DNA of 64,000 bases from Candidatus Fraserbacteria bacterium (GTDB lineage: Bacteria; Bipolaricaulota; Bipolaricaulia; RBG-16-55-9; DRXL01), in NCBI GenBank assembly GCA_947085185.1, contig CAMTVK010000007.1, positions 32,001 to 96,000 of the forward strand. Direction: 5' to 3'. Of this stretch, positions 1 through 9,437 are shown one piece after another. How positions within the stretch are numbered: the stretch's first letter is position 1; every line of letters starts with the position of its first letter. A program made the position numbers and the translations under genes. The notes beneath the pieces are model-generated. The model had not been told where the DNA came from and searched no databases. It saw nothing but the letters and a program-made list of their open reading frames with translations.

Positions 1-891
1 ATCGTGATCATACGCCAAGATGACTCGCGACGCGTAGCGTCGCAGCAGCTGAGCCTGCTGAGCGGTCAGGGCCGTCCCCATGCCCGCGACGACGTGCTCG
101 ATGCCCGCTTGATGGGCGCTGATGACGTCGGTGTAGCCCTCAACGATAATGAGAGTTTCGCAGGCGCGCACGGCCTGGCGCGCGAAGTTCAGCCCATACA
201 GCACAGACCCTTTCTCAAAGAGCGGGGTGTTGGAGATATTCAGATACTTCGGCTCTTCTTCCGCCAGAGCTCGCCCCGCAAAACCGATCATATCTCCTGC
301 TGGCGACCAGATGGGAAAGATCAGACGATCGCGAAAGCGATCGTAGAGTGAGCCGTCTTTGCCGCGCAGGGCCAAGCCGAGCGTCTCGAGGGCTTCTGCA
401 TATTCAGAGAATTTTTTCACCACATCATCCCAGCGGGGCAGGGCATAGCCCAGTCTGAATCTCTCGAGCATATCTTTGGAGAAGCCGCGCTGCTTGAGAT
501 ATTCGCGCGCCTTCTGGCCCGCGGGGCTCACAAGATTCGTCTGAAAATAGAGACAGACGCGCTCATTGAGCTCTATGAGCTTTCGCAGGGGAGAAGCCTG
601 CTCGCGCCGGATTGGCACACCCGTCTGGGCCGCCAGCCGCGCCAGCGCCTCCCCAAAATCAATGCGCTCGATCTTCATCAAAAACTGAAAGAGATCGCCG
701 CCCTCGTTGCAGCCGAAACAGTGAAAGAGTTTTTTATCGGGGCTGACCGTAAAACTTGGCGTCTTATCTTGGTGGAACGGGCATAAGCCAATATAATTCT
801 TCCCGGCCCTCTTGAGCGTGACATAGCGCGACACGATCTCAAGCATATCTGCACGTTCACGAATGAGCTCAATCTCGTCGCGATGGGCCAT
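1..891 (-). CDS. dnaG: DNA primase (N-terminal part; runs off window start)
   Basis: Manual translation from ATG at 891: MAHRDEIELIRERADMLEIVSRYVTLKRAGKNYIGLCPFHQDKTPSF...FHCFGC, the CHC2 zinc finger of DnaG. Missing from the ORF track because there is no stop in the window. Confidence 0.95.
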   Translation of the reverse strand, partial: MAHRDEIELIRERADMLEIVSRYVTLKRAGKNYIGLCPFHQDKTPSFTVSPDKKLFHCFGCNEGGDLFQFLMKIERIDFGEALARLAAQTGVPIRREQASPLRKLIELNERVCLYFQTNLVSPAGQKAREYLKQRGFSKDMLERFRLGYALPRWDDVVKKFSEYAEALETLGLALRGKDGSLYDRFRDRLIFPIWSPAGDMIGFAGRALAEEEPKYLNISNTPLFEKGSVLYGLNFARQAVRACETLIIVEGYTDVISAHQAGIEHVVAGMGTALTAQQAQLLRRYASRVILAYDHD

Positions 892-1499
892 CATATCCCT
901 CCCACAAGACTCTCAAGATCTTGCAAGAACGGGTTGGTCCAGCGCTCGACGGAGAGCTGTGTCACCGGGCCATGCCCAGGGTAGATCGTATAATCCCCAG
1001 GGAGCTCTAAGACCCTCTTGAGCGAGCGGACCATCTGTGATGGGTTGCCCCCGGGGAAATCCGTGCGCCCGATGCTGCCGGCAAAGAGCAAGTCCCCAGT
1101 GAAAAGAATCTTCTCGCTTTCGACCTTGAAGACGACGCTCCCGGGCGAGTGCCCCGGCGTGTGCCAGACCTCAAAGAGCACCCCATTGAGCGCGATGGTC
1201 TGCCCTTCGGTAAGATAGCCGTCGGGCTCAACTCTTTGAGACATAAAATAGTCGAAGATCGGCCGGTCGTCAGGGTGAAAGAGCAGCTTGGCTCCGCAGC
1301 GTTTGCGCAGAAACTCATCGCCCCCGATGTGATCTGGATGGCAGTGCGTGTTGAGAATATAGAGAATCTTCGAATCTCCGAGCAGTTCCAAAAGCTGAGG
1401 GCTCTCCTCGCCGGGATCAATGACTACGCCCACGTCATCGCAGATGACGACGTAGCAATTCGACCGATATTCGCTCAGGACGATGCTGTGAATCTTCAT
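891..1499 (-). CDS. MBL-fold metallo-hydrolase (glyoxalase II-like)
   Basis: THCHPDH, HTPGHSPG, FTGD and PGHG motifs. Confidence 0.9.
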   Translation of the reverse strand: MKIHSIVLSEYRSNCYVVICDDVGVVIDPGEESPQLLELLGDSKILYILNTHCHPDHIGGDEFLRKRCGAKLLFHPDDRPIFDYFMSQRVEPDGYLTEGQTIALNGVLFEVWHTPGHSPGSVVFKVESEKILFTGDLLFAGSIGRTDFPGGNPSQMVRSLKRVLELPGDYTIYPGHGPVTQLSVERWTNPFLQDLESLVGGI

Positions 1500-1510
1500 A
1501 CGCGCTCACG

Positions 1511-2242
1511 CTATGCTAGCGATGACGCCCGCGCGACGGTGAGCCCGTAGACTCTCGCGATCCCACTCTCTTTTAAGATCTGGCCACACTCGGTCAGCGT
1601 CGCGCCGGTGGTGCAGACGTCATCCACTATGAGAATACTAGCGCACGGGACAGATTTTGCAAGTCGGAACGCCCCGCGGATGTTCTCCCGACGCGCCTCA
1701 TGAGGGAGGCTCGCTTGGGGATGAGTCTGTCTCGTTTTTTCTACTGTGCGCACCACGGGGATTCCCCAGAGCTTTCCCAGCTCACGGGCCAAGAGTTCTG
1801 CGTGGTTGAAGCCGCGCCGGCGCTCGTCCTTGGGAGTCATCGGCACAAACGTGATCTGCTCGACCAGCGGGCGCAGCGTCTGCCCCGCCCCATCGAGATA
1901 CGTTGCCAGCAGAGGCGCAAGGGCGCGCTCGCCCCCGTACTTAAAAATCTTTATCAGAGTGCTCAGCACGTGATCGGGGTCCTCGCGCTCCTCGTACCAG
2001 CCAAAAGCGCGTATTTCCTCAAGAATGGGCGCACTCTGGGCACACGAGGGACACAGATCGAGCCCCTCCAGCAAGGGGACGCCGCAGCGACAGACGCGGC
2101 TCTGATCTATACGCTCGATCTTGCTCTCGCAGGCGGTGCATAAAAAAGCTCGCTCGCCCTCGGGGAAGGGCGCGGCGCAGGCCGCACAATGCGGCGGATA
2201 GAAGAGATCAAGTACAGCATACGCCAGGGTTCTCGAGCGCAT
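1511..2242 (-). CDS. comF: ComF family protein (zinc ribbon plus PRTase)
   Basis: CxxC pairs, RRRGFNH, VDDVCTTGAT PRPP loop. Confidence 0.88.
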   Translation of the reverse strand: MRSRTLAYAVLDLFYPPHCAACAAPFPEGERAFLCTACESKIERIDQSRVCRCGVPLLEGLDLCPSCAQSAPILEEIRAFGWYEEREDPDHVLSTLIKIFKYGGERALAPLLATYLDGAGQTLRPLVEQITFVPMTPKDERRRGFNHAELLARELGKLWGIPVVRTVEKTRQTHPQASLPHEARRENIRGAFRLAKSVPCASILIVDDVCTTGATLTECGQILKESGIARVYGLTVARASSLA

Positions 2243-2255
2243 ACCCTGCCTCCTC

Positions 2256-2648
2256 CTAAAAGAGCGAGCCGCGTACCGCGTAGATGCCCAAGAGCACCAA
2301 GAGCAGGCTTATAAGATACGCTAAGAGCTGAACATACTGGCGACGACGGTCGTCGGAGAGCCGTCGCGCCAGGACCACCCCAAGATGGACGCTGAGGGCC
2401 GCCCCCAACATCAGCGCAGGGTGCCAGAGCGTAGGACGGGTCTCAGGCGCTAGCACAAAGAAGATCACCAGCCCCAAGAGAATCTGGAGGTCCATCACCC
2501 CAGCAGAGAGCGCCCCCCACAGACGGTCGAGCTTCGTGTACGATGGTGAGCTCAGCCAGGCCCAGCCCGCTCGTCCAATCCCTAAAGCTATCAAGGCGAG
2601 CACCATCCAGTACACCCCCTCATGCGCTTTGATGAGTATCTCAATCAT
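2256..2648 (-). CDS. hypothetical membrane protein (~4 TM)
   Basis: Hydrophobic helices; start MIEILIKAH overlaps the gap stop (ATGA). Confidence 0.7.
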   Translation of the reverse strand: MIEILIKAHEGVYWMVLALIALGIGRAGWAWLSSPSYTKLDRLWGALSAGVMDLQILLGLVIFFVLAPETRPTLWHPALMLGAALSVHLGVVLARRLSDDRRRQYVQLLAYLISLLLVLLGIYAVRGSLF

Positions 2649-3637
2649 AGATATTTGACGAGATCGACAAGCCGCGCCGAATACCCCCACTCGTTATCGT
2701 AGAACGCCACGATCTTGGCCAAGCTCTTCTCTAGCACTTTGGTCGAGCTCAGGTCAACGATCGCTGAGTGTGGGTCACCGATGCAATCGCTGGAGACCAA
2801 GGGCCACGTCGAGACCGCCAAGATATGCTTCATCGGCCCGTCGGCGTAGCGCGTGAACGTCTCATTGAGCTGCTCAACTGTGACGCTTCTTTCTAATTCG
2901 GCGACTAGATCGGTCACCGAGCCTGTAGCGACGGGCACCCGGAAGGCCATGCCGTCGAGCTTTCCCTTCAGTTCTGGGATCACCAACCCGATGGCGCTGG
3001 CAGCCCCTGTTGTCGTAGGGATGATATTGATCGCGGCGGCGCGGCCCTCGACCATATCTGTGTTGCTGCCGTCTACTAAGTTCTGGCTGGCCGTGTAGGC
3101 GTGCACCGTCGTCATGAACCCCCTCTTGATCCCGAACTCCTTGTGCAGAATATACGCAATGGGAGCGAGACAGTTCGTGGTACACGAGGCCGCCGAAACG
3201 ATCGTGTGCTTGGCTCTATTATAGATGTTTTCGTTGACCCCCCAGACGATCGTGGGGATATCGCCTTTGGCCGGTGCAGAGATTAAGACTCTCTGAGCGC
3301 CCGCTTGCAGATGCTTTCCGGCTTTTTGGGCGTCGCGAAAGACCCCCGTTGCTTCTACAACGACGTCGACTTTCAGCTCGCCCCAGGGGAGCTTGGCGGG
3401 GTCTTCGACCTGCAAGAGTACAATCTTCTCACCGTCTACAGCGATACAATCTTCGCCGAAGGTCACATCGCCCTCGAAGCGCCCGTAGACCGAATCGTAC
3501 TTGCAGAGATACGCAGCTTGCTCAGGGGTTTGCGACCGAACGTTGATCGCGACGACTTCGATCTGAGGGTCTTGGTGCGCGATCCGGAAGAACGTGCGCG
3601 CGGTGCGCCCAAACCCGTTGAGGGCGACACGGATCAT
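2645..3637 (-). CDS. gap: type I glyceraldehyde-3-phosphate dehydrogenase
   Basis: NGFGR, ASCTTNC active site, YDNEWGYS. Confidence 0.95.
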   Translation of the reverse strand: MIRVALNGFGRTARTFFRIAHQDPQIEVVAINVRSQTPEQAAYLCKYDSVYGRFEGDVTFGEDCIAVDGEKIVLLQVEDPAKLPWGELKVDVVVEATGVFRDAQKAGKHLQAGAQRVLISAPAKGDIPTIVWGVNENIYNRAKHTIVSAASCTTNCLAPIAYILHKEFGIKRGFMTTVHAYTASQNLVDGSNTDMVEGRAAAINIIPTTTGAASAIGLVIPELKGKLDGMAFRVPVATGSVTDLVAELERSVTVEQLNETFTRYADGPMKHILAVSTWPLVSSDCIGDPHSAIVDLSSTKVLEKSLAKIVAFYDNEWGYSARLVDLVKYL

Positions 3638-3656
3638 GTGAGCCTCCTTCAGATTT

Positions 3657-4265
3657 TTATATGAGTTTCAGCTCTTTGAGCACGTCGAGCACGCGCGGCA
3701 GGGGCCGCTGCCACAGCCACTCGACCTTCAGCCAAAATCCGGGAATTACTTCGGAGCGATAGATGCCCTGAGCGTCAGGAGAGATCAATTCGTATCTGTG
3801 TTGTTTGTTGAGACGATAGAACTCGGCGTGCTGGCGGTCGGGATCAATGAGCCAATACTCCCGCACGCCGGCGGCCTCGTATTCGTAATACTTTTCGCCG
3901 CGATCGCGCGGGCCGCTCTCCGGCGAGACGATCTCGATCACGACGTCCGCTGGGCCGTCAAGATAAGTCTCTCTCAGTCTGTCTGAATGCTCCTTAGCGA
4001 CGAAGAGCACGTCCGGCTCCCGCCCACGATGCAGCTTGGCCAAGTGCATCTGAAAGGGAGCACTCACGACTTCGCCCACATCATATCGTTCTACATAGTG
4101 ACGCAGAAGAACCAAAAGAAAGTTACCAATACGCTGATGCGGCAATGACGCCGGTGAGACCATAACCACCTCCCCATCCACCCATTCCGCCCATGTATCT
4201 TCGGTGCACCACGCCAAAAACTCCTCGTAGGTCATCTTCTGTGTTGGCGCTTCGATCTGGGCCAT
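3657..4265 (-). CDS. Uma2 family endonuclease
   Basis: EWVDGEV, EPDV, EIVSPES, GVREYWLIDP. Confidence 0.9.
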   Translation of the reverse strand: MAQIEAPTQKMTYEEFLAWCTEDTWAEWVDGEVVMVSPASLPHQRIGNFLLVLLRHYVERYDVGEVVSAPFQMHLAKLHRGREPDVLFVAKEHSDRLRETYLDGPADVVIEIVSPESGPRDRGEKYYEYEAAGVREYWLIDPDRQHAEFYRLNKQHRYELISPDAQGIYRSEVIPGFWLKVEWLWQRPLPRVLDVLKELKLI

Positions 4266-4269
4266 GCGT

Positions 4270-4839
4270 TCACCCCCTCGCCACCATCTCCAGAAAATAT
4301 TTGTGCACTCTGGGATCGCCTGTCAATTCGGGATGGAAGCTGCTTGCCAAAAGATTTCTCTGGCTCACCAGCACGGGAGCGCCATCATGCTCTGCTAAGA
4401 TTTCGACGGCTGATCCCACGCGCACGATCTTGGGAGCCCGAATGAAGATCGCGTGAAACGGCCCAATATGCTTGATCTGAAGATCAGCTTCGAAGCTGTC
4501 GCGCTGTCGTCCATAGGCGTTTCGCTTTACTGAGATGTCCATCAAAGCTAAGCGATTCTCCGGATAGGAATCGTTCAGTTCGCGCGCTAAGAGAATCATT
4601 CCCGCACACGTCCCATAGATGGGGAAGCCCCGCGCGCCGCGCTCGCGTAAGACCGAGAGCATCCCTGTCTTCTCCAACAGATACGCTATCGTCGTGCTCT
4701 CGCCCCCGGGGATGATCAAGCCGTCGATCTCGTCGAGCTGAGAGCGCGTGCGCACATCGAGGGCGTCCACTCCCAGCGAGCGCAAGACGCTCAAGTGTTC
4801 GCGAAAATCCCCTTGCAAGCCGAGCACTCCAATGCGCAT
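4270..4839 (-). CDS. pdxT: PLP synthase glutaminase subunit
   Basis: MRIGVLGLQGDF, PGGESTT, GTCAG, FHPEL; start reassigned to 4839. Confidence 0.95.
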   Translation of the reverse strand: MRIGVLGLQGDFREHLSVLRSLGVDALDVRTRSQLDEIDGLIIPGGESTTIAYLLEKTGMLSVLRERGARGFPIYGTCAGMILLARELNDSYPENRLALMDISVKRNAYGRQRDSFEADLQIKHIGPFHAIFIRAPKIVRVGSAVEILAEHDGAPVLVSQRNLLASSFHPELTGDPRVHKYFLEMVARG

Positions 4840-4843
4840 GGCG

Positions 4844-5731
4844 TCAGTTCCCACGCACTTGCAGAAGCTCCCTCTCGCTGAGCTGAGCCGCGCTGATGCT
4901 GCGCATCGGCTCACCCAAGCCCTCGGAGACTTCTGCCAAGACCTTGGGGTCAGTATAGTACGTCGTGGCTAAGACGATGGCGCGCGCGCGTCTTTCTGGG
5001 TCTTCAGACTTAAAAATCCCTGAGCCGACAAAGATCCCATCGCACCCCAGCTGCATCATCAGGGCAGCATCCGCAGGGGTGGCGATCCCTCCCGCAGCGA
5101 AGTTGACCACCGGGAGCCGTCCCATCTCTTTAATGAGTCTCAAAACCTCGACAGGCGCGCCCCACTCCTTGCCCAATGAGACCAACTCTTCATCGGAGGC
5201 CTGACGCACGAGGCGCATCTGTTTATTCATCAAGCGCATATGGCGAACAGCTTCGATGACATCGCCGGTGCCGGCCTCGCCCTTGGTTCGGATCATCGCG
5301 GCGCCCTCAGCAATGCGCCGACACGCTTCGGGAAGATCGCGCGCCCCGCAGACGAACGGCACTTTGAATCGCCATTTGTCTATATGATTCTCAGGGTCAG
5401 CCGGCGTGAGCACCTCAGATTCATCAATATAGTCCACGCCCAGAGCTTCGAGAATTTGAGCTTCGACGAAGTGTCCGATGCGGCACTTGGCCATGACAGG
5501 GATCGTGACCGCGTCCATAATCTCTTTAATTTTTTTGGGGTCCGCCATGCGAGCTACGCCCCCAGCAGCGCGAATGTCCGCGGGGACGCGCTCCAGCGCC
5601 ATCACGGCCACAGCACCGGCCTTTTCGGCGATCACGGCTTGCTCCGCGTTGACCACGTCCATGATGACGCCACCTTTGAGCATCTCTGCCAGCCCAGACT
5701 TGACCTTAAACGTCCCGGTGAGTCGTTCCAT
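4844..5731 (-). CDS. pdxS: PLP synthase lyase subunit
   Basis: [29 protein letters not shown]. Confidence 0.97.
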   Translation of the reverse strand: MERLTGTFKVKSGLAEMLKGGVIMDVVNAEQAVIAEKAGAVAVMALERVPADIRAAGGVARMADPKKIKEIMDAVTIPVMAKCRIGHFVEAQILEALGVDYIDESEVLTPADPENHIDKWRFKVPFVCGARDLPEACRRIAEGAAMIRTKGEAGTGDVIEAVRHMRLMNKQMRLVRQASDEELVSLGKEWGAPVEVLRLIKEMGRLPVVNFAAGGIATPADAALMMQLGCDGIFVGSGIFKSEDPERRARAIVLATTYYTDPKVLAEVSEGLGEPMRSISAAQLSERELLQVRGN

Positions 5732-5949
5732 AAGCCCTCCCTTCAAGAGAGTATCAGCTCCATTATACTGGGGCTATAGGAAGACGCAAGGCTCTTTGAG
5801 CGGGGCGCTTGCGGCAAGACAGCGCGCACGTACCCGGGCGTCGTCCCCATCCCCACGGGACAGGCGTCCTTGGAAGCTCCTCAAACTGCTCACACAATAG
5901 CACCAAGCCATTGTGCTGGCAAGCCATCACACCTGGACGAGGTGAGAGG

Positions 5950-6714
5950 ATGCGTAAGATCGCGATTATCAACCAAAAAGGGGGCACAGCCAAGACGACA
6001 ACGGCCGTCAATCTCGCGGCAGCTCTAGCGCTCCACGACAGAAAAGTCTTGTTGATCGACATGGACCCGCAAGGTAACGTTGCTACCTGGTTCGACGTCG
6101 TCCCGCAGAAATCTCTGTATCATCTCCTGGTCGAGGAAATGACGACACCCCACGAATGTATTCTCCCCGTGCGCGAGAAGATAGATATCCTGCCAAGCAC
6201 CAAGACCGCCGCCCAAGCCGAGCTTATCCTCACGGGGCTGCCGGGGCGTGAGCGCGTCTTAAGCCGCAAGCTCGCGCGTCTTGCTGAGTACGACTTCGTG
6301 CTGCTGGACTGCCCACCGAGTTTGAATCTCTTAAATCAGAATGCGATCGTCTATGCTGATGAAGCGTTCATCCCCGTGAGCATGGACTATCTCGCGCTCG
6401 TCGGCGTCAGGCAGATCTTAGAGAATCTCAAGATGGTTCGGGAGATCTTAGAACATCCCATTGATGTGTCCTTGGTCATCCCGACGTTCTATGATGGGCG
6501 CAACCGCAAGAGCCGCGAAGTCTTCGACAAATTAGAGCTGCACTTCGACGGCAAAGTCACAGAGCCCATCCGCGCCAATGTCAGATTAGCCGAGGCCGCC
6601 AGCCATCATCAGACGATCTTCGAGTACGACCCCGACTCCTACGGAGCCAAAGATTATAGACGCTTAGCTGAGCGTGTGCTCAGCGAGACGAAAGTGCAGG
6701 TGATCCGGCGATGA
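5950..6714 (+). CDS. ParA/Soj family ATPase
   Basis: NQKGGTAKTTT deviant Walker A, DMDPQGN, DCPPSL; ATG 5950 follows GAGAGG. Confidence 0.92.
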   Translation: MRKIAIINQKGGTAKTTTAVNLAAALALHDRKVLLIDMDPQGNVATWFDVVPQKSLYHLLVEEMTTPHECILPVREKIDILPSTKTAAQAELILTGLPGRERVLSRKLARLAEYDFVLLDCPPSLNLLNQNAIVYADEAFIPVSMDYLALVGVRQILENLKMVREILEHPIDVSLVIPTFYDGRNRKSREVFDKLELHFDGKVTEPIRANVRLAEAASHHQTIFEYDPDSYGAKDYRRLAERVLSETKVQVIRR

Positions 6715-6971
6715 AGCCGCGACGTTCTATCGCCCACGACCCGCTCGCCGAAAGCGAGATCATGAAGGATTTTTACAGACCACCATCTCCAAAACACCCT
6801 GAAGGGCCCGCACCGGGACTCGTCAAAGCGACGTTCTATCTGGCCCCGCAGGACATCATTGCTTTAGAAGAGCTCCAGCTTTCCATTCGCAAGCGCACCG
6901 GGCGCAAAGCGAACAAGTCTGAGCTGATGCGCGAGGCCATCGCCCTGCTCGTCAAAGAGTATTCTCTGTGA
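6711..6971 (+). CDS. small putative ribbon-helix-helix partner of ParA
   Basis: ATGA-coupled to parA; C-terminal KATFYL...NKSELMREAI resembles RHH. Confidence 0.65.
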   Translation: MKPRRSIAHDPLAESEIMKDFYRPPSPKHPEGPAPGLVKATFYLAPQDIIALEELQLSIRKRTGRKANKSELMREAIALLVKEYSL

Positions 6972-6995
6972 TATGATAGGCGTGGGAGGCCCAGA

Positions 6996-7985
6996 ATGCT
7001 CGCCCTGCCCGATATCGAGAAGATCACGCTGGAGCTGGTCGCTCAAATCCCTCGGGGGAGAATCTCGACATTTCGTGAGATCGCCATCGCTCTTGGGGAC
7101 CCCATCGCTGCTCGCGCGGTCGGTTCTATCATTGCCCAGCACAGACGAGACTGCCCCAGCCATCGCGTCGTGAGCTTCGACGGCACGGTGACTCCAGAGC
7201 AAGCCCAGCTCCTCCAAGCCGAAGGGATCCCCGTCAAAGACGGCCGCGTGCTCTCTTTCACAACAGTGCTCTTCCGCGAGTTTCGCAGCGACAACCCCCT
7301 GCAAAAACTCCAAGAGATCCAACACGACATCCGCGCGCGCATGCGCTTAGTTCCCGATACGAAGGAGTATCACACAGTCGGCGGGATTGATCTCTCCTAT
7401 GCTGGGGCTTTGGGCGTCGCGGCGTACGTGCGCCTTGAACTGAACTCACTGAGAGTGCTCGATGTGCAGACGCTTGCCCAAGAGGTGCACTTCCCCTATA
7501 TCCCAAGCTATCTGGCGTTCCGTGAGCTGCCGGTGATGCTGGCGCTCCTCCAGAAGCTCAAAGAGCAGAACGCCCTGGCAGATATAACATTTGTGGACGG
7601 CACAGGGACGCTCCACCATCGCCAGGCGGGAATCGCCTCTCAGTTGGGTGTGATGCTCAATATTCCCACTATTGGGATTACGAAATCGCTCTTGCATGGC
7701 CAGCCCGAAAGAGACGTAAAGACTTTAGCGCCTGGGGAGATCTGTTTTATTGAGATCGAAGGGCGGCGGGCCGGCGCAGCAATCCGCCCCACACAAGACG
7801 CCGAGCCGTTCTTCGTCTCCCCGGGGCATCGCGTAGACTTAGAGACCGCGCTCCACTTAGCCCAGTGCACTCTCACGAGCGCCAGTCTCTTGCCGGAGCC
7901 CATCCAACATGCCCATACTGCGAGCCGCCAAAGAGCCCGGGCGTTGCAGCAACACTCTACACAATTGGAGCTGTTCAATCATTAG
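6996..7985 (+). CDS. MGMT/ATL-like domain fused to endonuclease V
   Basis: N-terminal IPRGRISTF..IA..ARAVG..PSHRVV; C-terminal GIDLSY, PYIPSYLAFRE, VDGTGTLH, VSPGH. Confidence 0.88.
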   Translation: MLALPDIEKITLELVAQIPRGRISTFREIAIALGDPIAARAVGSIIAQHRRDCPSHRVVSFDGTVTPEQAQLLQAEGIPVKDGRVLSFTTVLFREFRSDNPLQKLQEIQHDIRARMRLVPDTKEYHTVGGIDLSYAGALGVAAYVRLELNSLRVLDVQTLAQEVHFPYIPSYLAFRELPVMLALLQKLKEQNALADITFVDGTGTLHHRQAGIASQLGVMLNIPTIGITKSLLHGQPERDVKTLAPGEICFIEIEGRRAGAAIRPTQDAEPFFVSPGHRVDLETALHLAQCTLTSASLLPEPIQHAHTASRQRARALQQHSTQLELFNH

Positions 7986-8473
7986 CTCTCCGACGGCCGA
8001 AAGCCAATCCCAAAGTCGTTCCCCGGCTTGTGCTGCCCTCCCAACTCCTTCTGCAACAGCCATTGGGACTGCAAGAATGCTTTGTACACGTTTTGGATAG
8101 CCGTAAAGAGCACGTGCTTGGTGAGGCCATCGGAAAAGATCTCTTGCTGGAGGACCAACTGTCTGAGAACCCCCTGCGGGTGGATCATCCCAAAGCTGAT
8201 GGGAAAGCGATTCAGCTCCATGCTCAAATTTCTGAGCAGGCTCTCGCGCTGGGGTTGGGTGAGCTTGTGAAAGAGCTGTTGCACGTCGTCAGCGATGGTG
8301 ACGCTCACTTCGACTAAGATTCGGTCTGGGCTGATTTTGGGATTGACGATGCTGACGGTCGTGGGCTGGTTCTTGGGGTGATTGGCCAATAAGACCCAAT
8401 TGGCGTTGGGGTGCTCGACATATCGGTTGAACTGTCCTTCTTCAACAAGCCAGCTCTCGATCTTCTCTCTCAT
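7982..8473 (-). CDS. DUF2299-like protein
   Basis: MREKIESWLVEEG...EIFSDGLTKH pattern recalled from the mainly archaeal DUF2299 family; start reassigned. Confidence 0.6.
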   Translation of the reverse strand: MREKIESWLVEEGQFNRYVEHPNANWVLLANHPKNQPTTVSIVNPKISPDRILVEVSVTIADDVQQLFHKLTQPQRESLLRNLSMELNRFPISFGMIHPQGVLRQLVLQQEIFSDGLTKHVLFTAIQNVYKAFLQSQWLLQKELGGQHKPGNDFGIGFRPSES

Positions 8474-8480
8474 AGCTTGA

Positions 8481-9437
8481 TTATAGATCAGATCGGGGAC
8501 GATTGCACAGAGCAAGCACCAGATCGAAGAGGGACTCCTCCGGGGTGCGCTCGCCTGTCTTGATAGCAATATCTTCTTCGTGCAGCCGGTGGAGCAGCGC
8601 GATGAGCTCAGCCTCCGAGAAGTTGTGCGCCATCTTGCGTTGCTTGCCCACAAGCCAGGCGAACCGCCCCAGCTCTGCGGCGATCTCTTCGCTCGATCTC
8701 TTCTGAGCGACAAGGGATTTCACGGCTAACAATCCACGAACGTGCGACGCGAGCATGAAGAAGATTTTATGAGGATCTTCGCCGGACCGCAGCAACTGGC
8801 GCAAATATTTTACGCTCTGAGGGGTGCGTTCCCCAACGATATCGAGAAATTTGAGGACGCTCTCGCTCTGATCGCTGAAGAGCAACTCGCGCAGCTCCGC
8901 GACGTCCAGCTCTTTGGTGGTGCTGTAGCACGCAAGCTTCTCGATCTCTTTGGCGATACGAGCCGGCTCCGGCTCGACCGCTCCTAGAAGATATGTGATC
9001 GCTGAGGGCGTTAATCTCACAGAGTGCTCGGCGAGCAGCTCGCGCACGAGCTTGGGGAGGCTGCGCCGGTCGGGCTTGGGGAACTCCTCGACGACCCCGT
9101 GTGTGCTGAGGGTTTTATAGAGCTTGGAGCGTTTATCGAGCTTCTCAGCGTCAAGGATGAGCACGAGCGATGCTGCAAGCCCCGCGGCAATCCGCGCGGC
9201 GATCCGGTCAGGCTCGGGCATCTCATCGGCCCGTCGCACGTAGAGAATTTTCGCCTCATCGAAGAGCGATGCCCCACTGAAGTGCTCGTGAGATTCCGTG
9301 AGCTCGCGCCCCTCGAGAGAGATCAGAGCGCGTTTGCGCCCGTGCTGGAGCTGGGCGATGAGCTTCCTCGCCGCGCGCTCCCGTAGGTACCCATCGCCTA
9401 AGAACGCAAAGACGTTCTGCTCTCTTTTCTGCTTCAT
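8481..9437 (-). CDS. holA: DNA polymerase III delta subunit
   Basis: SLF, KLDKRSKLYK, EIEKLACY, DIAIKTG. Confidence 0.85.
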   Translation of the reverse strand: MKQKREQNVFAFLGDGYLRERAARKLIAQLQHGRKRALISLEGRELTESHEHFSGASLFDEAKILYVRRADEMPEPDRIAARIAAGLAASLVLILDAEKLDKRSKLYKTLSTHGVVEEFPKPDRRSLPKLVRELLAEHSVRLTPSAITYLLGAVEPEPARIAKEIEKLACYSTTKELDVAELRELLFSDQSESVLKFLDIVGERTPQSVKYLRQLLRSGEDPHKIFFMLASHVRGLLAVKSLVAQKRSSEEIAAELGRFAWLVGKQRKMAHNFSEAELIALLHRLHEEDIAIKTGERTPEESLFDLVLALCNRPRSDL

